Part shown: positions 25,113 through 38,557 of the stretch, one piece after another
How positions within the stretch are numbered: position 1 is the first letter of the stretch
Layout: every line of letters starts with the position of its first letter
NCBI RefSeq assembly: GCF_963921235.1
Contig: NC_086097.1
Span: 247,196,001 to 247,260,000, forward strand
Length of the DNA: 64,000 nt
Reading direction: 5' to 3'
Origin: Mobula hypostoma
Taxonomy: Eukaryota
The notes under the pieces: generated by a model
What the model was told of the DNA's origin: nothing
The model's input: only the letters and a program-made list of their open reading frames with translations
Databases searched by the model: none
Translations under genes and position numbers: made by a program

Positions 25113-27443
25113 GTGCCACCTCACACTCCTCCGGGTTGAACTCCATCCGCCACTTCTCAGCCCACTTCTGCATCCTATCAATGTCTCTCTGCAATCTTTG
25201 ACAATCCTCTACACTATTTACAACACCACCAAACTTTGTGTCATCTGCAAACTTGCCAACCCACTCTTCTACCCCCACATCCAGGTCGTTAATAAAAATC
25301 ACGAAAAGTAGAGGTCCCAGAACAGATCCTTGTGGGACACCACTAGTCACAATCCTCCAATCTGAATGTACTCTCTCCACCATGACCCTCTGCCTTCTGC
25401 AGGCAAGCCAATTCTGAATCCACCTGGCCAAACTTCCCTGGATCCCATGCCTTCTAACTTTCTGAATAAGCCTACCGTGTGGAACCTTGTCAAATGCCTT
25501 ACTAAAATCCATATAGATCACAACCACTGCACTACCCTCATCTATATGCCTGGTCACCTCCTCAGAGAACTCTATCAGGCTTGTTAGACACGATCTGCCC
25601 TTCACAAAGCCATGCTGACTGTCCCTGATCAGACCATGATTCTCTAAATGCCTATAGATCCTATCTCTAAGAATCTTTTCCAACAGCTTTCCCACCACAG
25701 ACGTAAGGCTCACTGGTCTATAATTACCCGGACTATCCCTACTACCTTTTTTGAACAAGGGGACAACATTCGCCTCCCTCCAATCCTCCGGTACCATTCC
25801 CGTGGACAACAAGGACATAAAGATCCTAGCCAGGGGCTCAGCAATCTCTTTTCTTGCCTCATGAAGCAGCCTGGGGAATATTCCGTCAGGCCCCGGGGAC
25901 TTAACTGTCCTAATGTATTTTAACAACTCCAACACCTCCTCTCCCTTAATATCAACATGCTCCAGAACATCAACCTCACTCATATTGTCCTCACCATCAT
26001 CAAGTTCCCTCTCATTGGTGAATACCGAAGAGAAGTATTCATTGAGGACCTCACTCACTTCCACAGCCTCCAGGCACATCTTCCCACCTTTATCTCTAAT
26101 TGGTCCTACCTTCACTCCTGTCATCCTTTTTTTCTTCACATAATTGAAGAATGCCTTGGGGTTTTCCTTTACCCTACTCGCCAAGGCCTTCTCATGCCCT
26201 CTTCTTGCTCTTCTCAGCCCCTTCTCAAGCTCCTTTCTTGCTTCCCTATATTCCTCAATAGACCCATCTGATCCTTGCTTCCTAAACCTCATGTATGCTG
26301 CCTTCTTCCACCTGACTAGATTTTCCACCTCACTTGTCACCCATGTTTCCTTCACCCCACATTCTTTATCTTCCTCACCGGGACAAATTTATCCCTAACA
26401 TCCCGCAAGAGATCTCTAAACATTGGCCACATGTCCATAGTACATTTCCCTGCAAAAACATCATCCCAATTCACACCCGTAAGTTCTAGCCTTATAGCCT
26501 CATAACTTGCCTTTCCCCAATTAAAAATTTTCCTGTCCTCTCTGATGTTATCCTTTTCCATGCTAAAGGCCAGGGAGCGGTGGTCACTGTCCCCCAGATG
26601 CTCACCCACTGAGAGATCTGTGACCTGACCCGGTTCATTACCTAGTACGAGATCTAGTATGGCATTCCCCCTGGTCGGCCTGTCCACATACTGTGACAGG
26701 AATCCATCCTGGACACACTTAACAAACTCTGCCCCATTTGAACCCTTGGAACTAATCAGGTGCTATTCAATATTAGGGAAGTTAAAGTCACTCATGATAA
26801 CAACCCTGTTATTTTTGCACCTTTCCAAAATCTGCCTCCCAATCTGCTCCTCTGTATCTCTGCTGCTACCAGGGGGCCTATAGAATACCCCCAATAGAGT
26901 AACTGCTCCCTTCCTGTTCCTGACTTCCACGCATATTGACTCAAAAGAGGATCCTGCTACATTACCCACCCTTTCTGTAGCTGTAATAGTATCCCTGACC
27001 AGTAATGCCACCCCTCCTCCCCTTTTTCCACCCTCTCTATCCCTTTTAAAGCACTGAAATCCAGGAATATTGAGAATCCATTCCTGCCCTGGTGCCAGCC
27101 AAGTCTCTGTAATGGCCACTACATCATAATTCCATGTATGTATCCAAGCTCTCAGCTCATCACCTTTGTTCCTGATGCTTCTTGTATTGAGGTACACACA
27201 TTTCAGCCCTTCTACCTTACTGTCTTTACACCGTTTATTCTGCTTCTCTTTCCTCAAAGCCTCTCTGTATGTTAGATCTGGCTTTACTCCATGCACTTCT
27301 TTCACTGCTCTATTGCTCTGGGTCCCATATCCCTCGCAAATTAGTTTAAACCCTCCCGAACCATGCTAGCAAACCTACCTGCAAGGATATTGCTCCCCCT
27401 CGAGTTCAGGTGCAACCCATCCAATCTGTACAGGTCCCACCTT
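25113..27443 (-). mobile_element. Young CR1 subfamily copy (ORF1 end, endonuclease, RT)
   Basis: ORFs 26763-27305, 26352-26687 and 25012-26355 (447 aa containing [11 protein letters not shown] and KFADD). Confidence 0.95.
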
Positions 27444-27694
27444 GAATCATAGTGGATTTAATTTGTCTTTTTTGACATTGATCAACAGAAAAATTGTTTT
27501 TGTGTCAAAGTGAAAACAAATCTCTACAAATTGATCTAAACGTATTACAATTATTAAATACAAAATAATTGATTGCACAAGTATTCACCCCCTTCAAATC
27601 AGTATTCAGTAGATGCACATTTAGCAGCAGTTATAGCCTTGAGTCTGTGTGGTTAGGTCTCCAGCAGATTTGCACATCTGGACACTGCAATTTT

Positions 27695-30072
27695 AGAAAC
27701 ATAGAAAACCTACAGCACAATACAGGCCCTTCGGCCCACAAAGTTGTGCTGAACATGCCTCTACCTTAAAAATTACTAGGGTTCCCCATAGCCCTGTATT
27801 TTCTAAGCTCCATGTACCTATCTAAAAGTCTCATAAAAGACCCTATCGTATCCTCCTCCACCACCGTTGCCGGCAGCCCATTCCACACACTCACCACTCT
27901 CTGAGTAAAAAACTTACCCCTGACATCTCCTCTGTACCTACTATCCAGCACCTTAAACCTGGGCCCTCTTGTGGCAACCATTTCAGCCCTGGGAAAAACC
28001 CTCTGACTACCTACACAACCAATGCCTCTCATCATCTTATACTGTACACCTCCATCAGGTCACCTGTCACACTCCGTCGCTCCAAAGAGAAAAGGTCGAG
28101 CTCACTCAACCTGTTTTCATAAGGCATGCTCCCCAATCCAGGCAACATCTTTATAAATCTCCTCTGCACCCTTTCTATGGTTTCCACATCCTTTCTGTAG
28201 TGAGGTGACCAGAACTGAGCACAATACTCCAAGAGGGGTCTGACCAGGGTCCTATATAGCTGCAACATTACCTCTCGGCTCCTAAATTCAATCCACAATT
28301 GATGAAGGCCAGTACACGGTACGCCTTCTTAACCACAGAGTCAACCTGCGCAGCTGCTTTGAGCATCCTATGAACTCGGACCCCAAGATCCCTTTGATCC
28401 TCCACACTGCCAAGAGTCTTACCATTAATACTATATTCTGCCATTGTATTTGACCTACCAAAATGAACCACCTTACACCTACGCTCTGTCCGCCAGAGAA
28501 AGCAGGATCTCCCAGTGGCCACACATTTTAATTCCACATCCCATTCCCATTCTGACATGTCTATCCACGGCCTCCTCTACTGTAAAGATGAAGCCATACT
28601 CAGGTTGGAGGAACAACACCTTATATTCCGTCTGGGTAGCCTCCAACCTGATGGCATGAACATCGACTTCTCTAACTTCCGCTAAGGCCCCACCTTCCCT
28701 TTGTACCCATCTGTTACTTATTTATATACGCACATTCTTTTTCTCTCTCTCCTTTTTCTCCCTCTGTCCCTCTGATGATACCCCTTGCCCATCCTCTGGG
28801 TTCCCCCCCCACTTTCCTTCTCCCTTGGCCTCCTGTCCCATGATCCTCTCATATCCCTTTTGCCAATCACCTGTCCAGCTCTTGGCTCCATCCCTCCCCC
28901 TCCTGTCTTCTCCTATCATTTTGGATCTCCCCCTCCCCCTCCCATTTTCAAATCTCTTACTAGCTCTTCCTTCAGTTAGTCCTGACGAAGGGTGTCGGCC
29001 CGAAACATCGACTGCACCTCTTCCTAGAGATGCTGCCTGGGCTGCTGCGTTCACCAGCAACTTTGATGTGTATTGCTTGAATTTCCAGCATCTGCAGAAT
29101 TCCTCGTGTTTACACCTTACACTTATCTGGGTTGAACTCCATCTGCCACTTCTCAGCCCAGTTTTGCATCCTATCAGTGTCCCACTGTAACCTCTGACAG
29201 CCCTCCACACTATCCACAACCCCAATCTTTGTGTCATCAGCAAACTTACTAACCCATCCCTCCACTTCCTCATCCAGGTCATTCATAAAAATCACGAAGA
29301 GTAAGGGTCCCAGAACAGATCCCTGAGGCACACCACTGGTCACCGACCTCCATGCAGAATATGACCCGTCTACAACCACTCTTTGCCTTCTGTGGACAAG
29401 CCAGTTCTGGATCCACAAAGCAATGTCCCCTTGGATCCTATGCCTCTTTACTTTCTCAATAGGCCTTGCATGGGGTACATTATTAATTGCCTTGCTGAAA
29501 TCCATATACAGTACATCTACTGCTCTTCCTTAATTAATGTGTTTAGTCACATCCTCAAAAAATTCAATCAGGCTCGTAAGGCATGACCCACCCTTGACAA
29601 AGCCATGCTGATTATTCCTAATTATATTTTCTCTCTCCAAATGTTCATAAATCCTGCCTGTCAGGATCGCCTCCAACCACTGAAGTAAGACTCACTGGTC
29701 TATAATTTTCTGCGCTAACTCTACTCTCTTTCTTGAATAAGGGAACAACATCTGCAACCCTCCAATCCTCCGGAGCCTCTCCTGTCCTCATTGATGATGC
29801 AAAGATCATCACCAGAGGCTCAGCAATCTCCTCCTTCACCTCCCCTCCCACAGTAGCCTGGGGTATATCTCAGCCCGTCCTGGAGACTGATTCAACTTGA
29901 TGCTTTCCAAAAGCTCCAGCACATCCTCTTTCTTAATGTCTATATGCTCAAGCTTTTCAGTCTGCTGTAAATCATCTCTACAATCACCAAGATCCTTTTC
30001 CATAGTGAAAACTGAAGTATTCATTAAGTACCTCTGTTATTTCCTCCAGTTCCATACACACTTTCCCACTGT
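27695..30072 (-). mobile_element. CR1 LINE nested in the Tc1 element
   Basis: Tail tagaaacatagaaaac at 27695; RT ORFs at 29110-30024. Confidence 0.9.
28479..29112 (+). mobile_element. Penelope 3' fragment nested in CR1, with a 10-bp TSD
   Basis: CACCTTACAC at 28469-28478 and 29113-29122; GIY-YIG C-terminal part; hammerhead motif at 28978-29013. Confidence 0.9.
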
Positions 30073-31194
30073 CATTTTTCCCTCATTCTTCTTTACAAAA
30101 CTGCTCAAGCTCTGTCAGATTGCATGGAAATCATTAGTGAACAGCCCACATACCTTCTGGCAAACTCTAGCCCAGATTTCATGTGAGTCCCCCCCCGAGA
30201 GTGGTTTTCTCTTTACCACTCTCCCATAAAGCTGTGACTGGTGAATCACCTGGACAATAGTTGTTGTACGTGCAATCTCTCCCATCTCAGCCATTGAAGC
30301 TTGTAACTTCTCCAAAGTTGTCATAGGTCTCTTGCTGGCCTCCCTCACTAGTCCCCTTCTTGCACAGTCATTCAGTTTTTGAGGATGTCCTGCTCTAGGC
30401 AGATTTACAGCTGTGCCATATTCTTTCCACTTCTCAATGATTGACTTAACTGTACTCCAAGGGATAGCCAGTGATTTGGAACTTTTCTTGTATCCATCTC
30501 CCAAGTTTTGCTTTTCAAAAACCTTTTCAAGGAGTTGTTTGGAATGTTCTTTTGTCTTCATGGTGTAGTTTTTTTCAGGATATTGACTCACCAGCAGTTG
30601 GACCTTCCAGATACAGGGGTATTTTCCCTACAATCAATTGAAACTGCACACAAGTGATCTCCATTTAACTAATTATGTGAAAAACCAATTGGCTGCACCG
30701 GTGATGATTTGATGTGTCGTATTAAAGGGGGTGAATACTTATGCAATCAATCATTTTATGTTTAAAATGTGTAATTAATTTAGATCACTTCGTAGAGATC
30801 TGGTTTCACTTTGACCCAAGTCTTTTTCAATTGATTGGTGTCAAAAAAAAAACCAAATTAATTCCACTGTGATACAATATTGTAAACAAATAAAACATGA
30901 AAACTTCCGGGGGGGGGGGTGAATATTTTTTATAGGGACTGTATGCATCTAAGACTTTTGCACAGCACTGTACATTTCCATGTATTATGAATTTCTTGTA
31001 GAGTGTTGGTGAGCCATGCAACAAAAACATTATTAGTTATAAAGACTAAAAAAATTATATAAGAATATGTGAGAGATTATACAAGGAGAAGTTAAAATGA
31101 GGAGCCAGCTGGATTTTCAAGGCAACAAAAGTGTAAAACTTAGAAGAAAATGTCCATTCGACCTATGCTGTTTATCATCTTGTACACCTCTATC

Positions 31195-32485
31195 GAGTCT
31201 GCTCAGCCATTCAATCATGGCTGATCCTTTTTTCCCCACCTCAGTCCTACTCCTCGGTCTTCTCCCTGTAACCTTGGATGATGTGTCCATCCAAGAACTT
31301 AATAAGCTCTGTCTTAAATACAACCTGGCCTCCATAGCTGCCTGTGGTAATAAATTCCACAAAATCATCACCCTCTGTCTAAAGAAATTTCTCTGCATCT
31401 CTGTTTTGAAAGGGTGCCCCTCTATCTTGAGGCTGTGCCCTCTTGTTCTAGACTCCTCCACCATGGGAAACATCTTTTTCACATCCAGGCCTTTCAACAT
31501 TTGAAAGGTTTCAACGAGATTCCCCCTGCCCCCTATTCTTCTAAATTCCAGTAAGTACAGACCCAGAGCTGTCAAACGTTCCTTGTATGATAACCCTTTC
31601 ATTCCTGGAATCATCCTTGTGAACCTCCTCTGGACCCTCTCCAATGCCAGCACATCTCTTCTCAGATGAAGGGTCCAAAACTGTTTACAATACTCAAGGT
31701 GAGGCCTCACCAGGGCCTTATAAAGTCTCAGCATCATTCCCTGCTCTTGTATTCTAGACATCTTAAAATGAATGCCATCATTGCATTTGCCTTCCTCACC
31801 CCCAGCTCTACCTGCAAGTTAACCTTTAGGGTGTTCTGCACAAGCACTCCCAAGTCTCTTTGCATCTCAGATTTTTGGATTATCTCCCTGTTTAGAAAAT
31901 AGTCTGCACATTTATTTCTACTGCCAAAGTGCATGACCGTGCATTTTCTAACATTGTATTTCATTTGCCACTGTCTTGCCCATTCTCCAAATCTGTCTAG
32001 GTCCTTCTGCAGCCTACCTGCTTCCTCAACACTACCTGCCCCTCCAACAATCATTGTATCACCTGAAAACTTGGCAACAAAGCCATCTATTCCATCATCT
32101 AAATCATTTATATACAGCAGAAAAAGAAGTGGTCCCAACACCGATCCTCGCGGAACACCACTAGTCACCGGTAGCCAATCAGAAAAGGACCTTTTTATTC
32201 CCACTCACTGCCTCCTACCAATCAGCCAATGCCCTTTCCATGCCAGTAACTTTCCTGTAATATCTTGGGCTCTTATCTTGGTAAGCAGCCTCATGTGTGG
32301 CACCTTGTCAAAGGCCTTCTGAAAGTCCAAATATACAACATCCATTGCATCCCCTTTATCTATTTTACGTGTAATCTCCTCAAAGAATTTCAACAGGTTT
32401 GCCAGGCAGGATTTTCCCTGAAGGAAATTATGCTAACATTGCCCTATCTTGTCCTGTGTCACCAAGTACTCCATAACCTCATCCT
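31195..32485 (-). mobile_element. CR1 LINE, RT to 3' end
   Basis: ORFs 31117-32393 read YLDFQKAFDKV, VTSGVPRGSVLGP and RPHLEYC. Confidence 0.92.
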
Positions 32486-32669
32486 CATATCACAACATTT
32501 AGAAGACATTTGGACAGGTCCATGGATGGGAGGGGTATTGAGTGCTATGGTTCAAGTGCAGGTCAATGGGATTAGGAAGATTAATAGCTCAGCATGGACT
32601 AGATGGGCCAGATGGTCTAATTCTGCTCCTATGTCTTATGGTCTTTTACCCTACTCACAAAGTACCTTT

Positions 32670-33030
32670 GGCTGGTGGGGCGTAGTTATATCTCTACCAA
32701 AGGAGGTGTAAGTCGCTCCTTCCCTCCACTAGCCTGCAGGTCACCCTTGGGTAAGGTGTAGCACCCGCTCAGCCCCCCGATCAGGGTCACGTGAAGCCAT
32801 GGGAATAGTTAGTGGATGGTCGATTAAGCAGTTGGTGCTTATCATAAGTCCTAGTTATGCAACTGCTGACGCTAGGCAATCTCTGAAGAGTATTGATTAT
32901 GGCCGGGGTCACCCATCTTGTAAAGACACTGTCCAGAAGAAGGCAATGGCAAACCACTTCTGTAGAAAAATTTGCCAAGAACAATCCTGGTAATGATACC
33001 ATAATCACCCATGGCACGTAACGAATGAAC
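32670..33030 (+). mobile_element. RTE-related non-autonomous retroposon
   Basis: Contains GAAGGCAATGGCAAACCACT (BovB/RTE-like 3' motif); other copies at ~47905-48270 (-) and ~50570-50930 (+). Confidence 0.7.
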
Positions 33031-35381
33031 TAAATACCCACCTTGGCAGTTCAGCTAGAGCACACCACTTCAGTCCTATTTCTTGGTCTTTACCCCATTC
33101 CCTTTCCTACGATGCTTGGTCAAAGACTTACTCCACTTCTTTTGATATGATGTTTTAATGACCAGTCATTGTAAAACACCTGGTGGACTCTAATAACTAG
33201 AATAATGAGTATCTGGCAGTTTTGGGTCTCTTATCTGAGAAAAAGATGTGCTGACGTGAGAGAGGGTCAAGAAGTTGTTTGTGATAATGATCCCAGGAAG
33301 GAAAGGGTTAACATATGATAAGTGTTTGATGGCTCTGGGCCTGTTCTCACTGGAGTTCAGAAGAATGGGGGGGCGGGGGGACGGGATCTTAGTGAAACCT
33401 ATCGAATACTGAAAGGCCTAAACAGAGTGCACTTGGAGAGGATATTTCCAATGGTGCAGGGGCGCCTGTTGTGTCTGTGCACAATTACATCTCGATTAAA
33501 TAAAAGCATGCACATGGGAGACAGCTTTAACTGGTGTATTCACATTGCAGTGAGAGACAAAGAGCGAGAGAGCGAGAGAGAGAGAGAGAACAATGTGCAT
33601 GTGTAGACAACAGCGCTTGTGCAGACAACAATGCGTATGTAGTGCTAAGGGGAGTCACTACTCTAAAAGAAATAGATCCATACATTACACTTTCCCCCCT
33701 TTAGATTAGTGCAACATAAAATTGTAAATGTATAAAACATTCAATTTCCCCTTCATAAATCCATATTCCAAGTAAACATGCTTTCACCACAGTAACAGTC
33801 CATATCTAACTTCACAGTTCTAAAGGTTCAGTCTTTTGGGTGCCACTCTGTTTCTTTCTGGATAGCACCTCTGGACCTGTGGAATGGCATCAGGTTTGGC
33901 AGGGGTCTTGTCAACGATAACTTTCTTGTTGCGCCTCTGGACCTGTGGAGTGGCATTAGGCTTGGTAGGGTCTTGTCTAAGACGACGTTCTCAGTTTCCC
34001 GTGTCACATTGCTGTCAGTGACATCATCACTGAGAAGTAAACACGAGGAATTCTGCAGATGCTGGAAATTCAAGCAACACACATCAAAGTTGCTGGTGAA
34101 CGCAGCAGGCCAGGCAGCATCTCTAGGAAGAGGTACAGCCGACGTTTCGGGCCGGTGTCTGTAATGCATCCATCTTGTTGGATATAGTTGATTCAGGTGT
34201 GTTCTTCAGTTGAGCATCCAGTATCTGGTCCACATGACGTCTCCATGTCTGATCGCCAACATTCACTGTGTGCATTAGTGTTTCAGTTCTTGTAGCAAAT
34301 CTACCGGATATCCACTCATCTTCTCGATAATCATGTGCTCGGACTTACTGTCCAATCTTGAAGTTCCTTGCTGGTTCACTTGGCAACAGGCTGAACTGTT
34401 TATTCTGTACTTCCCTCCGTAGACCTGGTTTCAGGAGGTCTATGTGAGAGCTCAGATTCCTGGTCACGGACAGCATTGCAGGTGTTTTATTTGTCATCAT
34501 ATGAACAGAGATCCGATACACAAAAAGGAAGTTATCCACCTCGTGCTAGAGAGAAATGACCTCTTTGTCCATAACTTTAATGGACTTCTTGAATGTTTGG
34601 ATAAACCTTTCAGCTAATCCATTCATTGCTGGATGGTAAGGAGATGACTTGAAAAGTCTGATGCCATTTTTTGTCATAAGTAGTCTGAATTATTCTGATG
34701 TGTATTGTGGTCCATTGTCACTCACAATTTGTTCAGGTAGCCGTTTCTGGTGAAGATAGTCCTCAGAACAGAGACAATCTTTTCTGAGGTGGCTGATGTA
34801 ATTTGGTATGACCTCCAGCCACTTCAAATGAGCTTCCACAGCAATCAGAAACATGGAGTCCATGAATGACTCAGCAAAGTCAATATGTACTCTTTGCCAT
34901 AGTGATGACGGTTACTCCCATGGGTGTAACAGTGCATGTGCAGTTGCATTTTGAATTTTTTGACATCCCAAACTTCTTTTGGCCAAGTCTTCAATCTGTT
35001 CATCTCTTCCCAGCTATCACATGTAGCTCCAGGTGAGACTCTTCATCTTGACTGTATCCATGTGTCCTTCATGAAGATTTTCTAACAATCTGGTGTGCGG
35101 TTTAGAGGGAACCACAACACGAGATCCACACATCAGCGTCCTTTGACATGCCAACAGTTGGTCTTGTTTTGCCTAGAACCCTGGAAACATAGGGTTACCA
35201 TGAGCTGTCCATCCTTGCATGGTGATTTCATAGACCTTTGACAATGTTGGGTCATTCCTTGTTTCTCTTTGTATTTCGGAATTTGTAACCTGCAACTGGT
35301 TCACCAATGCGGTGTGGAACACTTCTGAAGACTTTTCTTTTTTAGTTGCCAATAGTGAAAGATGTGACAAGCCATTAGCAT

Positions 35382-36133
35382 GGTGAGGCGACACTTCACC
35401 TGTGAGTCGGCTGGGGTGATATACTGTGTCCGCTGCTCCCGATGTGGTCTTCTATATATTGGCGAGACCCGACGCAGACTGGGAGATCGTTTTGCTGAAC
35501 ACCTACACTCTGTCCGCCAGAGAAAGCAAGATCTCCCAGTGGCCACACATTTTAGTTCCACATCCCATTCCCATTCTGACATGTCTGTCCACGACCTCCT
35601 CTACTGTAAAGATGAAGCCACACTCAGGTTGGAGGAACAACACCTTATATTCCGTCTGGGTAGCCTCCAACCTGATGGCATGAACATTGACTTCTCAAAC
35701 TTCCACTAATGCCCCACCTCACCCTTGTACCCCATCCGTTATTTATTTATTTATATACACACTTTCTTTTTCCCTCTCTCCTTTTTGTCCCTCTCACTAT
35801 ACCCCTTGCCCATCCTCTGGGCTTCCCCCACTCCCCCTTTCTTTCTCCCTAGGTCTCCTGTTCCATGATCCTCTCATATCCCTTTTGCCAATCACCTGAC
35901 CAGCTCTTGGGTCCATCCCTCCCCCTCCTGTCTTCTCCTATCATTTTGGATTTCCCCCTCCCCCTCCCACTTTCAAATCTCTTACTAGCTCTTCTTTCAG
36001 TTAGTCCTGACGAAGGGTCTCGCCCCGAAATGTCGACTGTACCTCTTCCTAGAGATGCTGTCTGGCCTGCTGCGTTCACCAGTAACTTTTATGTGTGTTG
36101 CTTGAAATTCCAGCATCTGCAGATTTCCTCGTG
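35382..36133 (+). mobile_element. Penelope element 3' part (GIY-YIG endonuclease, UTR, hammerhead) nested in Gypsy
   Basis: ORF 35380-35709 reads GVIYCVRCSRCGLLYIGETRRRLGDRFAEH...EQHLIFRLGSLQPDGMN; 7-bp TSD TTAGCAT (35375-35381 and 36134-36140). Confidence 0.93.
36003..36038 (+). ncRNA. Minimal type I hammerhead ribozyme motif (Penelope-associated)
   Basis: AGTC-CTGACGA-AGGGTCTCGCCCC-GAAA-TGTC-GACT. Stem I is AGTC/GACT, the catalytic boxes are intact, and helix III is reduced with a C>T change. Confidence 0.75.
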
Positions 36134-36444
36134 TTAGCATTGCTGTGTTGTTTGGTATCCTTGAACTCTATGTCATAAGAATGGGCTCCTAGGAACATCA
36201 TAACCGGGTAGCAGTCGTCACTGGAATTCCCCACCTGGGATTGAAAATGGGCACAAGGAGCTGGTGATCTATCATCAGCGTAAACTTTTGTCAATAGAGG
36301 TAGTAGTGGAACCTCTTTATAACCCATGCCAGACTAAGGGCCTCGCGATCAATCTGTGCGTAGTTGTGCTCTGTTCTCAGTGATCTTGAAGCAAACGCAA
36401 TCAAGTGTTTAGATCCATCTTTCATAATGTGTGACAAAACCACA

Positions 36445-36792
36445 GCCAACGCACTTTTCGTCCCTCTTCCCTCCGGGAGAAGGCTCAGGAGCTTGAAGAC
36501 TCGTACGGCCAGATTTGGGAACAGCTTCTTTCCAACTGTGAACGGATCCTGACCCGGATCTGGGCCGTACCCTCCAAATATCCGGACCTGCCTCTCAGTT
36601 TTTTTGCACTACCTTACTTTCCCTTTTCTATTTTCTGTTTATGATTTATAATTTCAATTTTTAATATAATAATTGATAATAATATCAATTTGTACTCCAG
36701 GGAGCGCGAAGCACAGAATCAAATATCGCTGTGATGATTGTACGTTCTAGTATCAATTGTTTGGTGACAATAAAGTATAAAGTATAAAGTAA
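36445..36792 (+). mobile_element. Rex/Babar LINE 3' end nested in Gypsy
   Basis: LFVPLPSGRRLRSLKTRTARFGNSFFPTV; tail (TAAAGTA)n. Confidence 0.8.
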
Positions 36793-37754
36793 AATGGCTC
36801 CATTGCCCATCTGATAGGCAGGGATGGGGTCATAATGGGTGAGCAGTTCATCAGATGTTATTAGTCTCTTTGTTTCCTTGAATGCTCTTTCACATCTTTC
36901 TGATCATTCCCACTTTGCTCTTGTCTGCAACAGTGCATTCAATGATGGTAGTAGTTTACAAGGCACAAATATGACCTGAGTTGTGACACATTTTCTGGTT
37001 TGGGTGCCTGTAGCACTGTTTCAGCCTTCTCTTGTGACTTATGTAAGCCCTGCATATCAATGACATGTCCACAATATGAAATCTCGTTCTTGAAAAACTC
37101 ACATTTCTCTCTCTTTGCATGCAGACCATACTCACTCAGCTTAGTAAGCATTTACCAAGGTTCTGGAGGTGCTTTTCATTATTCTTGCCAGTCACAATGA
37201 TGTCGTCTAGGTAACATTGTGTTCCTGGGATATCTTGGAGCACTTGGTCTATTGCTCTTTGCCAAACTGCTGGAGCTGATGCGACACCAAAGATGAGACG
37301 ATTATACTGGAACAGTCCCTTATGAGTGCTGATTGTGAGGAACTTCCTGCTTGACTCCTCAATCTCCACTTGCAGATAGGCTTGTGACAAGTCAATCTTT
37401 GAAAACCTCTCCTGCCTGCCAAAGATGCAAAAATGTCTTCTATTTGTGGTAAGGGATACTGAAAATACGCAGCACTGGGTTGATGCTCACCTTGAAATAC
37501 CCACATATGTGAATGGCTCCAGCCTTCCCTTGATTACTGGGACAATGGGCGTAGCCCAATTGCTCCACTCAACCTTGGAGAGAATTCCAGATGCCTCCAA
37601 GCCCGGCAGTTCAGCATCCACTCTAAGACATTATGTGTAAGGCAATGGACGTGCTTTATGGAATCTTGGTGTTGCTGCTTCGCCCAGTTCAATTCTGGTG
37701 TTCATGCCTTTGAGTTTACCAATCCTCTTCTCAGACTCCTTCTCATTAGCATTA

Positions 37755-38557
37755 TAGAAACATAGAAACATAGAAAATAGGTGCAGGAGTAGGCCATTCA
37801 GCCCTTCGAGCCTGCACCACCATTCAGTATGATCATGGCTAATCATCCAACTCAGAACCCTGTACCAGCCTTCCCTCCATACCCCCGATCCCTTTAGCCA
37901 CAAGGGCCATATCTAACTCCCTCTTAAATATAGCCAATGAACTGGCCTCAACTGTTTCCTGTGGCAGAGAATTCCACAGATTCACCACTCTCTGTGTGAA
38001 GAAGTTTTTCCTAATCTCGGTCCTAAAAGGCTTCCCCTTTATCCTCAAACTGTGACCCCTCGTTCTGGACTTCCCCAACATTGGGAACAATCTTCCTGCA
38101 TCTAGCCTGTCCAATCCCTTTAGGATTTTATACGTTTCAATCAGATCCCCCCTCAGTCTTCTAAATTCCAATGAGTATAAGCCTAGTTCATCCAGTCTTT
38201 CATCATATGAAAGTCCTGCCATCCCAGGAATCAATCTAGTGAACCTACTTTGTACTCCCTCTATGGCAAGGATGTCTTTCCTCAGATTAGGGGACCAAAA
38301 CTGCACACAATACTCCAGGTGTGGTCTCACCAAGGCCTTGTACAACTGCAGTAGTACCTCCCTGCTCCTGTACTCGAATCCTCTTGATATAAATGCCAGC
38401 ATACCATTCGCCTTTTTCACCGCCTGCTGTACCTGCATGCCCACTTTCAATGACTGGTGTATAATGACACCCAGGTCTCGTTGCACCTCCCCTTTTCCTA
38501 ATCGGCCACCATTCAGATAATAATCTGTTTTCCTGTTTTTGCCACCAAAGTGGATAA
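37755..38557 (-). mobile_element. Young 5'-truncated CR1 nested in Gypsy
   Basis: Uninterrupted ORF2 C-terminus (HFGGKNR...RPHLEYCVQFWSP...FFTQRVVNLWNSLP); tail (TAGAAACA)n. Confidence 0.92.

Larger units (their letters stand above)
27444..30941 (-). mobile_element. Tc1-family (IR/DR type) DNA transposon, internally deleted and split by a CR1 insertion
   Basis: ORF 30115-30591 has a paired-like N-terminus (GYKKSSKSL, LPRAGHPQKL, GRVVKRKPL). 27444-27600 is an inverted match of 30720-30880, with GGGGTGAATA direct repeats; the right end is CTG|TA. Confidence 0.88.

Noticed and set aside
25012..26355. 447-aa ORF as a novel gene or active RT
   Set aside because: It is a CR1 ORF2 segment that is frameshifted from its endonuclease and 3'-truncated; it reads by chance into a Penelope tail and a SINE.
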